From assembly GCF_009914755.1 (NCBI RefSeq), contig NC_060928.1: DNA of 64,000 nucleotides; one strand, given 5' to 3'. Origin of the DNA: the human T2T-CHM13v2.0 reference genome, Homo sapiens. Below, one piece after another: positions 27,326-40,830 of the stretch. The notes below the pieces were generated by a model. That model was not told the DNA's origin and searched no databases. It saw nothing but the letters and a program-made list of their open reading frames with translations. A program made the translations under genes and the position numbers. Each line of letters begins with the position of its first letter. The first letter of the stretch is position 1.

Positions 27326-28367
27326 TGAATCTTGCCTAAGGGGTTTTGCTTCCAGGGTAAGGGAACCCCTGTGATCACAGGCTGGCAGGATCATCATGAA
27401 CAGAAGCTGGAATAGGATTGGAAGCTTCAGGCTCAAGGAAAGGCACTGCCCGTGGCACAGGAGTTGCAATTGTGAGGCTTAGTAGAGGCGCCTTTAAATA
27501 ACTCACAAAGCGTCTGTGCAAGAAAGTCAGCTCGCAAACCTCTGCCAGGTCTGGAAAGCAGGGCATCTACTTGTGACCGTCACGATCATGTAAGAAGCAC
27601 AAACAGTCATCTGGCCACTTTGATATCCAACCTTCCCCAACCTCAGCTGATGGAAGCAGGAAGGACACTTCCCCCTAGCCCTCCTAAGTATAGGCTGAGG
27701 GCAGGGACTAAGATTTAACTTCAAATCAAGTTAGCGCTTTCTAACATCATCTGGAAAAGGAAATTTTACATTACTGGAGATCGTATTTGCTACTTGAAGG
27801 TTTCATGGGCCTTTCTATTATCTAAGAGTGATCCAAAAAGTAGTGGCAATTGTCTGCATTGGCACTTAAGGGCAGGGACTGGACCGCAAGTATTGAATGG
27901 GTTTCATGGGACAGTGGGAAGCAAAAATAGAAGTGCTTATATCATTCATTCATTCATATTAGCGTGCACTTATTGAAGACTCACTGTGTGCCAGGCACTG
28001 TTCTAGGTACTGGATGTTTGCCTATGGGAAAAAATATGTAGAAACATCCCCAGATTCACAGCATGTTATAGCAGGGAGTGTGTGTTCAACGTCCTGAAGA
28101 TCATGTTCACACACAGATGGATAGACGGTAGACGACGGAGTGAGTAACTCACACAATCTATTCATTTCTCTATCACCTCTCTCAAGTTTTCATGGAAGCT
28201 AGGCTGGTGGAACTACAGGAAATGTGATTCTGGTTCTCTCTGTAGATTATAGTGAGGTTGTCTATGTCCTATGCTGGTCTTCACTTAAATCGTCAGATTC
28301 TTGTATCATGATTTCTAAGTAAATTGCAGAACTTTTACAAAGTTCCACTTTAAAAATACTGCTCTTC

Positions 28368-28990
28368 CAGCACAATTTGCCATTGCAAAAATATGGAACC
28401 AACCTAAATGTCCACCAACCAACAAGTGGATAAAGAAAATGTGGCATTTATACATCACGGAATACTACTCAGCCATAAAAAGAAATGAAATAATGGCATT
28501 CGCAGTAACTTGGATGGAGCTGGAGGCCATTATTCTAAGTGAAGTAACTCAGGAATAGAAAACCAAATATAGTGTGTTCTCACTTATAAGTGGGAGCTAA
28601 GCTATGAGGATGCAAAGGCATAAGAATGATGTAATGGGCTTCAGGGACTTGGAGGGAAGGGTGGGAGTGGGCTAGAAATAAGAGACTAAACATTGTGCAA
28701 GGTGTACACTGCTTGGGTGATGGGTACACCAAAATCTCAGAAATCACCACTAAAGAACTTTTCCATGTAACCAACACCACCTCTCCTCCAAATGCTATTG
28801 AAATAAAAATTCTAAAAGCAGGAAAACATCCTAAAAATGTTTCAAAATCCTTTCTCTTTACTATGCACTAATTGGCATAGTAATTGGCACTCCCTATCCA
28901 AACACTAGGTCAAACTCTGAAAGTTATTTTGTCAATTTTCTATATATACATACTTCTTAAATAAAAATGTAATTTACAAAATAAAATAAA
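28368..28990 (+). mobile_element. 5'-truncated L1PB-like element (28368-28809) plus ~170 bp of non-L1 3' sequence inside one TSD
   Basis: L1 end ctcagaaatcaccactaaagaact..ccatgtaaccaacaccacct..tattgaaataaaaa. TSD aaaatactgct(c/t)ttc at 28353-28367 and 28988-29002. Confidence 0.85.
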
Positions 28991-31900
28991 ATACTGCTTT
29001 TCTTCAATTATGTGTATAACCAAACTGTAGTTTTCCTAATTTACTTTTGAATATGTTTTGCTACAAGTTTCTGCTTAAAATTGTTTCTGCAGGGTTTATT
29101 ACATAAACATGTGCCATTTTCTTGCTCTTTCATAGGCAAGACCATTGAGAAGATATTTGGACCCTGGTGGCAGTTTTTTATGGGTTCCTCAGCAGGGATG
29201 AATTAGCGCAATTTGTGTTACATGCAATACAAGCAGGTTCTGGGTGGGTGATTTCCTTTGATCACTTTCCTTCCCCCACCTCTCCTGCTGCCCGCAAATA
29301 CTCATACACAGCCTGCCTTGCAGGTCCTATTAGCACAGAAATGGAAGGAAGAGCTCTGACTTGTGGGAAAATGTTCATGTGGAATGCTCTACGACCACAT
29401 GAAAGCTCTGAACTCTAGTGTATAGCCGTCTGTCTGAAAAATTTGCCAGAAAATTACTTTATCTTCATTTATGTGTGGCAGAACAAATGTAAAACTAATG
29501 GAATCCAAATTTTAAAGTAGGAAAATGTGATCATTTAGTAGAAGGAAAGTGAAAGCATTTTTTATTTAAACATTAAAATATGATTGATTGACAGTTAAAA
29601 TGATACATTTATAAAATATAGAAAACTTAAAATTCTGCTGCTACGTATTTGCTTATTAAAAACTTGAAAAGGATCATGTCTGTTTTGTACTCATAACATT
29701 GTTGCTGTCACTCAGTTTCAATTCCAGAAGCTTCATTCTATTGATGTTCTTTACACTGATATTTGAAATGCGTGTTTTAGTTCTTACGTGTAAGATAAAT
29801 GTTTTAGTTTATGCAATTTCAATGTTTTAGTTTATGCAATTTAGCCATTATTAAAAAACAATTTGGTTGAACAGTGTTTATTACATATTCAACCACTTTT
29901 ACTTCAGAATATTGATAGCTAACCTCTATCAATTTAAGCCAGTTCAGCAAAAATACTATTGCTTTCTTACGACAGACCAGATACAGTACTAGTTTTTGTG
30001 TTAGCTAAAAAATAGTACTGCCTCTGAGGAGCTTGTCATCCAACATGTTGTAAGGAAAGAGAGATGTAAATTTTTAATTTACACTTTTATAATGCATAGT
30101 GTATACATTTATAACTTCAGTAAAATGTGTAAGGTCTGTGGCAAACATGGACAGATTGTTACTTATCTCTTCCTAGTTTCTAATCTATATCCAATTTCTA
30201 TTAATAACAGAGAGAGCACTTGGACATGAGACAAGAGGCTATGATAAGAGGTATGCATAAAAATGATGGTGGGGTGTTAGAAGGATTGTAAATGCTGATG
30301 GTACACATGTGGACTGTGAAGTGAAGATGTGAAGCTTCAGGAAAGATGCGTTAATAAACAACATGTATTAAAATACTGATTAAAATCATCTGATTAATCC
30401 AACAGTAAATGCTCTAGAGGCATTAAGTTGAAACTCTCAGAATTATTATCTACTTGAATCTTGTTAATTTCTCAAATACTTCTAATATATTATTTACTAC
30501 TTGTTAGTTTTTAAAATCACAAGAGTAATGTTATTTGCACATTTATATATATATACAGCTAAAGCCAAACTAACGAAATAATAAATCTTTTCTTCTTCCA
30601 ACAATCTGTCCTCTCTTCCTGACCTTACTTGATTGTTAATGATGATGCAGAAGTAATTCTCCGGAGAGACTGCAATAGTACAGTGCCTGGTTTTGAAGTG
30701 CATATTCAGACAAAATTCCCTTTGCTCACCACTCGGAGCTAGGATTCTGAGAATCACACACATCAAACACATATTTCAGGAAAAGAGACTATGTCAGCCA
30801 GCCACGATAGAAGACACGTATGTAGTGAAGGGAGTCCACACTCTCAAAGCCGAAGCACTCAGGAAAATAGAAACTTATCTGTTATGGGGCCAGGAAATTT
30901 AAGAACATAAAATATCCACAGAACTTGGCTTCATGTAAGCATCAACATTATATAAAAGACAATAATACATGTCATCAGTTTCAGGAGTAAAATTAAGAGA
31001 GTTTTGATTGGATGAGCCCACAGCGATTGAAATCAACCGACCCATAGGCTTTTGAAGGCCAGAATGATTTCCTATCCAGAGAGCATAAGTAAATCAGAAA
31101 TTTGCAGTTGTGTGTGTGAGCCAGCATTTCAATATAAATAACATTAAATTAGGCATGGCTACTCTACTACATATTGCCATATCTTCGTCTCACCTTCCGT
31201 TTTCTATTTCTTTCTTCCCTCCAGGTAAACAAGATAGAATCAGGGAATCTTAAGACACGTGTGTGTCTGCGTGGAGGTGAGGTCACAGGCAGAGAAGGCA
31301 GTGGAGTGTCCGACTGGGTGTAAGAGTCCCGGTGAGAGTCCGAGGAACCCATAGAGACGATGGGAAGGTGGAATTACACTCCTTTTACACATCACATTTC
31401 ACACTCGTTTTCGAGTTCTAATTTTTAGGAGCTCCATGGCATTTTTTGAATATGACTATAATTTGCTTCTCAGAAGCATTAAGGCAAATATTTTGAGGGA
31501 TGTTCTATGTGTAGCTTTTTTTGTGACTTTTCATTCTTGGGCAGAGGTTTCTACAATCGCCAGCTGGTTGGCTATCTATGCATCTCTCAGTCATTGTTGT
31601 CACTTTCCCAATGACAGGAAAGTATGATGCTATGTGACAGCCCATTGTTCTGATCTTCCTTCAACCTTTCTTTACAAGATATTTCCTCATATAATTTATT
31701 AATCTAAAGTTGAATACACTCTATGGAACAGTTCCTAATACTTTTAGACAAAGTGTATCATATCAATTTCATACCTCTACTTATCTGAACCTAAAATATT
31801 TTCTTTAAGCCTCTTGTCAGCAGTTCCTTATTCTAGGTAATATTTGGGTAAAAAGCTATAAGAATGAAATGTGGAAATCATTGTAGAGGTAAAGGCTTTT

Positions 31901-33619
31901 ACTGTAGGTCATAGTGGGTTGGGAGTTTGGGTATTCCAGGATAATTCTACAGGTAGAATTCTGTTAGATGGCATCAAATATGTTGCAAATAGAACACTAC
32001 CCTTAGAGATATGCCAGCTTTATATAGAAAAGTGGCTAATTTATGTAGAGATCCAGTTCTGTCTCTAATTTCGGTAAATTTAGACAGAGAATCTGTAGCG
32101 TATATACACAAATAAGCTTGCTATTGGAACACTGTTCTAATAGTGAGACCATCTGGAAATATCTTTGGAACGTATAAACATTAATTCCTTCTAGAGAAAA
32201 ATGTTCATTTTCCATGTCTATTTAATTCCTTTTTTTAAAAAAAAAAATTTTAGGCCTTCTGAATATGTGAGATGTTAGCTAAAAATGTAAATTATGTTCT
32301 AGGATATTTGGAATTTACTTGCCTTTAAAACACCATAACCACTTCAAAAGAGGTACTTCTTGTCTCGTTTGTAATTCTGTGATGTAAATTCTGAAGTTTC
32401 ACACATTGACAATGATGGTTATTACAGTATTAACATCGCCATACATCTCTTTGGTTAGTTTACCAGCTTAATTAATCATGCTTCATTTTCTTTTGGGCTC
32501 TCATATCAGCTTCTCTTATTTTTGAATGAAATGACTTCTGAAAGAGAACATCCTCTGAGGACACACTAATTCTCCCACCTTTACGGAAATTCCTTCTCAG
32601 AAGGGGCAGATTTGCTCAGCACTGAAGCCACGTCCCAGAAGCCTGGGGCTCCGTGTGGAGGGTGAATGCTGATGGGAGCCTGGGGACCTCAGCTTCTAAA
32701 GCCTGTTTCTGCCGCTCACCGCGGGGCCTGCAGGGCTGAGCTTCATCTTTCTGTGCTTCATTTCACTGTCAGTGGAAAGAGCATAATATTTTTATCCCCA
32801 GTTTCTTGTAAGTCGTTTATTTTTCAATTTCTATAACGAACTCTTTGTTCATATTGAAGCAAACCTGTATTATTAATAAATGATCCCGTCACAATGAAAC
32901 ACTCCCCTGGCTCTGCAGAGAGCCGAGGGACAGCTCTGTCCCCGGTCACCAGCGCTCCCCTTTCTTAACTGGATGAGCCTTACTTACACTGTCCCCTAAA
33001 AGTCAGTACGCAGAGGATTTGCTGACTCAGTCTGAAAGGACAAAGTCCCAGAGTTTCAATCTACCCATTTGAAACAGTCATTCTCTAGTCCTTAGTAGAA
33101 ATAACACCTGGGAGCCTTTAGGGAAGAATAAAATCTTAATTTTGCTGAGAGCCAGAAGTTTTATCCATAATACCTGTCTTATTATTCAATAAGCCATCCA
33201 GAGCCACAGGAGATTGGAAGTAAGTCACTGGCTCCCAGATGTTCTCACAGCCATAGTCTTCGCTGCCTGCGAACAACTCAAGAAATGAGTCTTTCTTCTG
33301 TTGCTGTTTGTTCATACAGAACAAGATGAGACACAAGCCTCCTGCTTAATTGGAGTATTGAATTTTTGAAAATGTCTGGTCATTTTGTTCTTTCTCTTGT
33401 TTCCATCTAGTGTTGCCACTCTAATTAGGGAATGGCAGTGCTAAAAATACAGATGTTAACACCAAATCAGTCCATCCTAATTATCACTCAAAAATCAAAC
33501 ATTTTTTAGGGAGGCAAAAACTGTCATGAGAACTACAATTTGATTTGGAGACTATTTCACTTATACAGTTTCTTCACATGATGACCAGCCTTCTTTCTTT
33601 AGTAATGGTTATTACTATG

Positions 33620-33850
33620 GCCATTGCTGTTAATTCTGTGACTTATCACTTCCCATATAGACCCAAGCACTGAGCTAAGTGTTTCACAGGCATTATCGCA
33701 TGGAGGGCACTCAACAACGCTATCAGCTGGCCATTGTTATCATCCTCATTTTATAGGTGAGGGGTTAAAGAACACTTCCAAGATCTCATCGCTGGTCATT
33801 GGTAGCAACAGGGTTTAAAACCAGATTTGTCCAACTTCAGAACTGTGATC
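33620..33850 (-). mobile_element. MIR remnant
   Basis: attgttatcatcctcattttataggtgagg...ggtttaaaaccagatttgtc resembles the MIR core. Confidence 0.6.
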
Positions 33851-34634
33851 TCTCTCATTTGCAACCCTGTCTGCTAAGTAACATGATACAGAATTGGTTA
33901 AATACTTTCCATATGAATGTCTGCAGGTTTAGGATTTAAATCATTCTCTAAAACGGATTTTTGATATAATAAAAATGACCAATGTATTCTGTAAATTGTA
34001 TTGCCTAAGTGTGGGAAGAAGGGCTGGAAGCAACGCAGTCATTGATTCTGTGGGAAAGGATGGACGTGAGAGACGCAGCCGGTCAATATAGTCTGTTATT
34101 AATTTCGAATACCCAAATATTAGTCAGATATTGTTTGTGTTTCTCAAAAGTGTCATCTAATTTTTATTATTTTTTTAAATAATTTTTTTATTTTCACTTA
34201 AGTAATGCATACATATAGTAAATACTTCAACAATAAAAAACAAAGGACGTAAAATGGGAAATGCCTACCTTCCCTGTGTTCTGCCTCCCCCTACTCTCTG
34301 GTTTTCTGTCCAAAGTCAAACACATTCAATTCCTTTAGCTCATTCCACTGGTAGTAAGCCTCCATATTGCTAAATAATATGCTCATTAGTCTATTGTCTT
34401 TTTAATTGCTGACATTATTTTTATCTTTATTTTAAAGTATAATATGAATATAATTATCTCACAGTTTTGACAATGTCAACATAGTACAATATAGTTCATA
34501 GTATTCTAGAAAGGCACACACTCTTGTATTTTTTAAATATGTAAATTTCTTCCCTCTTCTGTCTCTGCAAGGCCTATCTCTAATTTCTCTAGTGGTGGGG
34601 TTTGTTCTCACTCAGTGTGGAGATCTGGGTCTCT

Positions 34635-34931
34635 TTTTTTTTTTTTTTTTTGAGATGGAGTCTCACTCTGTCGCCCAGGCTGGAGTGCAATGGTGCGATC
34701 TCGGCTCACTACAACCTCCGCTCGTGGGTTCAAGTGATTCTCCTGCCTCAGCCTCCCGAGTAGCTGGGATTACAGGTGCCCACCACAACACCCAGCTAAT
34801 TTTTATATTTTTAGTAGGACGGGGTTTCGCCATGTTGGCCAGGCTGGTCTTGAACTCCTGATCTCAAGTGGTCCGCCCACCTCAGACTCCAAAAGTTCTG
34901 GGATTACAGGCGTGAGCCACTGAGCCCAGGC
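34635..34931 (-). mobile_element. Alu (AluS-like)
   Basis: Full dimer with TSD gaga(t/c)ctg(g/t)gtctctt. Confidence 0.93.
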
Positions 34932-35469
34932 GAGACCTGTGTCTCTTATTGTATGCTTATTGTGTTCTGTTTCGCTTTTGCGTCTCTTTCTGCATTCCAG
35001 ATTTTCTTTCAATGATTCACTCTTTCACTATAAACTTCCTTTCAAGAACAAGGCATGAGATACCGTGGAGGAGCTCGAGTTGTTACGAGCACCCTTGTTA
35101 TTTGGTGGAGTTGCGACAGCACAGTTGGGTTTAATTTAGCTTTTCCCCTGGGCACCTCCAAATGTCAGTGTCTGGAGGTCTCAACAAGAGAAAGTTGAGG
35201 ATCTCACAGTTCTGTTTCCGTATTTCACTGAATCCCCCATTTTCTACCTATTGCTCACCCCAGCTCTCCACTATGTACTGTGTCCCCAAGTCTACAGCAT
35301 CTGTTCATCCACAAAACAGCTTCCAGCATCCTGAGGTGGTGAGGGGTGTGGTTGAGAAGGTCATCGGTTTTGCTGGTGAGGGGCAGGAGTTGACCACTCT
35401 AATCACAGGCATTCAAGCGAGTCCTGTGGATAAAGTCCGGCACCTGAAGCCTGCCTCCTGCCAGACCCA

Positions 35470-35660
35470 GCACCTCCAGCTCTGGAGCATCTTGGGGTTC
35501 TAGGGGCACCTCCAGCTCCGGAGCATCTTGGGGTTCTAGGGGCACCTCCAGCTCCGGAGCATCTTGGGGTTCTAGGGGCACCTCCAGCTCCGGAGCATCT
35601 TGGGGTTCCAGGGACACCTCCAGCTCCGGAGCATCTTGGGGTTCTCGGGGCACCCAGCTC
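35470..35660. repeat. Minisatellite, 36 bp x ~5.3 (gcacctccagctccggagcatcttggggttctaggg)
   Basis: Direct tandem copies with few variants. Confidence 0.96.
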
Positions 35661-36559
35661 CTGCTTCACTGGATTTGCCGACTCAGGTCATGGGGTGTAA
35701 ATGACCCTGCTCTGCTTCAGCTGCTCTTTGTCCTCCAAATATTTGGGTTTTCTATCTGCACTTTTCTCTTTTCTCGTTGTCTTTGCTCTAGGTGTTAACA
35801 ACTTTTACATTTTATTATTTTCATTTAAAAACATTTGAAGATAGAAGAGATTTGTGTGAGAGAGTAGAGTTTGTTTTTTAACAAGAAGCAAATTTATCCA
35901 TTATTTATTTGGTTAGGAGACTTTAATACACATTTTAACTCATTACAGATCATCACTTAGGATGTGAAAAGTTTTGTGGGACTTATAGGGAATTTTTATG
36001 CTCCCTTAACGGAACAATTCAAATACATAACATCGAGCCCTATAAATCGCATGGCTTTTCAAGTAACCATAAGATATTTATATAATGTTTCCATACTCAG
36101 GAACACAGACAAAACTTCAATGTTTTCTGAAACAGAAATAGCATACACTACTCCTCTAAACATGATGAAAACAATCTATAACCAAAAGAAAAACATTACC
36201 TGAATTCTTATTATTTGTATGAATGACAATGAAAAAAATAGTAAGAAACATAGAGAAAATAAAATAATTATTGGAGTAGCTTTGGGTGAACTAACGCAAA
36301 CGTAAAAGTTGATAAAATGGATGATTTTCATGAAAAACATCAATTAGAATAATAAAATAAATATATTCAATTTTGACCAAATTCAAACACTACAAATAAA
36401 AGCTCTTTTCCACTAAAATCAAGTCCAGTTTCCCTCTTTTTAATAATAAAATATTACTAATTTAATGGTTTCTTCAATGATTTATAGACTATATGTAACA
36501 TTTAATTCCTAATATTTTTATAATAAATTGTGGTCCATGTTTCTTTAGTGGGATGGCTG

Positions 36560-36815
36560 CCGGTTGTAGAGCCCTGGTGAGCAGGCTCAGCATCATATGG
36601 GAAGTTGTTAGAAATAAATTCTTGGGCTCTACCCATGACCTACTACTGAATCAGAAACTCTGGGACAGGGGGTCAGAAATCTGATGCACTTTTGGCCAGG
36701 CATGGTGGATCACGCCTGTAATCCCAGCACATTGGATGCTGAGGAGGGCGGGTCACTTGAGGTCAGGAATTCGAGACCAGCCTGGTCAGCATGGTGAAAC
36801 CCCATCTCTACTAAA
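36560..36815. mobile_element. MER5A-like hAT fragment followed by a lone Alu left monomer (36694-36815, +)
   Basis: gggaagttgttagaaat..aattcttggg...gacctactactgaatcagaaactctggg (MER5A), then ggccaggcatggtgg...tctctactaaa with no right arm. Confidence 0.75.
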
Positions 36816-39800
36816 GAGGCGGGGCTATTTCTTAAGCTGTGTGCCACTGGGAAAATAACTGGTGCTCTCTGCTCCTCAATTTTCTTATCAGTAAAACAGG
36901 GATTAGAGTGTGTGATCAGCTGGCCTCCTAGGCTTCTGAACATTAGTGATGAAATGCAGAAACAAGCTTAGAGTACAGTGATGCCTCCAGAAATTGGTTC
37001 TACCAAGTGTTAGAAATGCCAGAGCCTGCAACATTCTCCCTCCTGTCTTCCTTTGGATGACCTCAAGGCAACAAAGACTGGCCCTGTCTTTTCCTCCCTG
37101 TTCTACCGTCTCTGGTCAGTCACTGCTCTTGGGCTGCATTTCATCAGACCTTGCCAAGAAAATGGAGACCAGGGAAGCCGTCCTACTGGGTGGAGCTTCT
37201 CTTTTGGAGGAGTGACCCGATCCTAGGATGGCTGTGTTGTGGTGCCCTATTAGGAAGAAGGGATGTGTCTGGAAGCACTAGTCCGGACAAAACAATAGTC
37301 TCTCTCTTCCAGCCAATTCTCAGCATCCTCTGCAGGGCAAGCTTGTCACCCAGCTGTGTCATGATGGCTAAAAGTATGGGGGGGCAGACAACACAGCCTC
37401 AAGCACAACCACCTGGCACTAATTTGAAAACCCCAGGGCTGTCTGGGGGAAATGCTGTGATATTTCCCATTAGGCGAAAGGCAGCTTAACATTCATAATT
37501 TGATTGAGAAAAATGGAGCTATTTTATAGGCCAGTAGGCTCCAAATTGTTATTCTACTCAGATCTTTATTGCTTGGCCTTTCTTAATTTAATAAGCAACC
37601 TGTATCTCTCGTACTGAAGACAAATAGATTCTATAAGTGAAGATCTAAAATCTGAAGTGTTAATAACAGAACTAAAAATATAGTTTTGTTTATTTTTCTC
37701 CATGTCAGATTCTGTTTTCTGTACAAACAAACCAATATGTTCTTGCTCTGAGGGACATACTTGAAATGACAGAATCATGGGGTCTCCATTCATGGCACTG
37801 CCATAGTAACAGATTGGGACCACGATGATTTAACATTACCAGGAGTTACTGTTGGAACAGGTCAACACAACGTGAAACCTCTGCTACACATCCCACACAC
37901 ACTTGGCCCCAAGACGTTGCTTCTACTTTGGAAAAATCACTTTTCCAAAATGACATTTAATTTAAAAAATCTGTCCCAGTAAACAACTTTACACTGAACA
38001 ATATCTGCATTAATAAGAGTTAAGGCCGTGAAGAACAACTCTTTGGCATTCTTTTCTTTGACAAGGTCTCTGGGAACCATGCCAGGAAAATATAATAAAA
38101 TTTACTAGCCCAAAAGTTGTGTCCTTTCTTCCCTTCTCTGTGTATCCATTGTCTATGCGATGCTTCTTTTTCATCTTTACTTTCTTACTAGAAATTTGAG
38201 AGCCTTGCTTTAGTTTATTTGAAACCAGCCTTATATTTGCAGTGTTCTGCTTCTGTTTCAATGATAGGAGACCATAATCTCTTTGTACAAGCATCATCTT
38301 CTCTTTCAAGTTGATTCCACACATTTTCATTGATCTGGATTTCCCAGGTACTGATGCAAACCCTTCATCAATACACTTCACAGCGCTCTTGTCCATACTC
38401 TGGTTTGCATGGTCTCTTCCTCTCCCTGAATCATAAGTTACGAGGAGGCAGGGCCATTTCCAAAATCAATTCCTGGCAGAAGAGAAAGTGCCTCCATGCA
38501 TCAGGAAACCATTTCAAACGTTAACAGTTGATCCAAGGGCATTAATTAAACTTCTTTCATAAATAAAGGCTCACTGCTGCCAAACGGTGGAGTGCATGAA
38601 GAGACAATTCCAAGGCTATAACTTCCCTCACAAAAAAGAAATGAAGCTCTTTGCAGACAAAGCCTATTAAGCATATTCACTTTCAGATTGTTAGACAGAA
38701 CAAATGAGAGGGAGCGGCAGAGGCAGTGGAGAAGCCCTTCATTCAAGGAACAAAGAATGCCTCCTGTACTCTTTGCCATTGTGATCTTGTCTCAGGAAAA
38801 TTCAAAGAGGCTGAAGATGGGGATAATTAAGCAAATGATTGATACCAAATCAAAGATGACTTTTGAGGTTCATTTGATATCAGTTTCCTCTAGGGAGAGT
38901 ATCTGTTTATTCCTTTTAGCGCGGCTCCCCACGTGAAAGATTAAAAATGACAGAACCTTTGTTAAACAGTTTAAAAGAATTAGAGAGTTTTCTTTCCTAG
39001 GCTTTGACTGAAGAGATTCTTTGCCAATTAATAAAAGAGGAAAAGTGGAAAAATTATAGAATGAGCTCTCACAGTCACTTTAGTTATGGAATTTTCCTAT
39101 TTGGGTTGGCTATCAGGTCTTAACAAAATATTCTCAAGGGAAAGAAAACCAACAGCCTGACTTTTGTTGTCACACGGGTACTAAGCCATATTGAGAGGAA
39201 GTGCAGGCTGTAGAAAACCATAAGGGAATGTCAGGCTAACAGAGACACAGAGCCGTTTACCCACTTCCGAGACCGTGGAGTTTCACGTATTTCTAAGATG
39301 TTAAGTGAGAACCATGTCACAGATGACGTAGAATGTGCATGATGCAGAAAAATACAGAAGCTTAAAATATATTTAATACAAATGGAAAAGATGTTTCATT
39401 TAAGCAATATATATTTTTGTCTTGAAATTATTCAATCTAATTTTAGGTGCAGATCTGAGAGCTGTTAAATTTTCCAAAGGATAATTGACAGTCAGGATAA
39501 AGTGCAGTCAATCCCCAAGCTTCAGACTTTCCGTCTTCATTTGGAACTCTTTCCAGGCATCCATTTTCAATGTCTATCCGTTTTCCACATTCTCCCTGGA
39601 CCTGTCTTCTCCCTCTCTCAGTGGCTCATACCCCTTGAAGAGACAGCTGGTTTGGAGAGCAAAACAGAAGCAGCAAACATGATGGTTAGTTTCAAGGCGG
39701 ATGGTGCCAGGGCCACCAGGCCTGAATGTGAGCCAAGGGAGGACAGGGAAGGCGCTGAACCCTGGTCAGGTCGGTGATGGCATCTCACAGAATTTGGGCT

Positions 39801-40269
39801 CAGAGGCAGAGCTAGGGGCTGAGGTGCAGAGGAGTCAGGAAGAGACAGGACACAGCATCTGGGACTCAGCAACTTGCTTTTCTTTCCACCCTGAGTATGT
39901 TTTCTAATTGAGATGAGATTGGTTTAAAGGGTCAGAACTAGGGTGGACTGAACATTTTGCTATGTTTAGTCACACACCATCCAATTCTTCTCCTCAGTAC
40001 AAGAGGACATTAGGAGTATATGTAGGGCATGATACTACAGTAGTGGGAAGCAGCGGTTTGGAGACTAATAAGGGAAATCAAAAATCAGGGAGAAGGTGAG
40101 GCTGCAGGGTGCACAGGTTGCCAGGGTTCCCAAGCCAGAGAGAGGCTGGAACTCACCAAACAAAAGGAACATGTTGTAGATACTCAGGGGTCAGATGAGG
40201 GGTCTGAGGATCCAGCGCTGGAATCCATAAAAATAAAAGTCTCAGAAAACAAATGAATCCTGACGATTG

Positions 40270-40830
40270 TGATCAAGAGAAGAAGGAAGACACGAATACA
40301 TAATATTGTGAATGAAAAGGGGCCCACACTAAACACAGAAGTAAAAAAGATGATGAAAACTATACCAAGAACTATGTTATTGAAATAAACAAATTGTAGG
40401 GAAAATATTGCTTGTAGAAATGATTTAAAGAGAAATAAAAAGCTCAAATTGTTCTATAACTATTAAAGAAATTAAATTAGTGCTTCAAATCTTCCTTCAA
40501 ATAAAACAGCAGAACCAGATGGCTATATAGATGAGTTCTCTCAAGTGTTCAAAATAAAGAGTACTCTTTTTTTGCTTTTTACAAACTCTTTTAATGGTTA
40601 GAGCAGAGAGAGTGTCTGGCCTGTTCTACAAGAGAAGCAGAAACCCCAATATAAAAATCCAAAGAAGACACATAAAAGAAACAAAAATTGCAGGTCAATT
40701 TCACTCATGCAAAAATCATTGAAGAAAATCAAATGCAATGTGTGTTAAAATAAGAGAATACACCAAGACAAAGTTGGATTTATCTTAGGTATGCAAAGAT
40801 GATTTGATATTAAAAAATAAATGTAGTTCA
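40270..40830 (+). mobile_element. Degraded L1M ORF2 fragments
   Basis: aaagaaattaaattagtg, gaaccagatggctatatagatgagttct, aagttggatttatcttaggtatgcaaagatgatttgatat. Confidence 0.6.
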
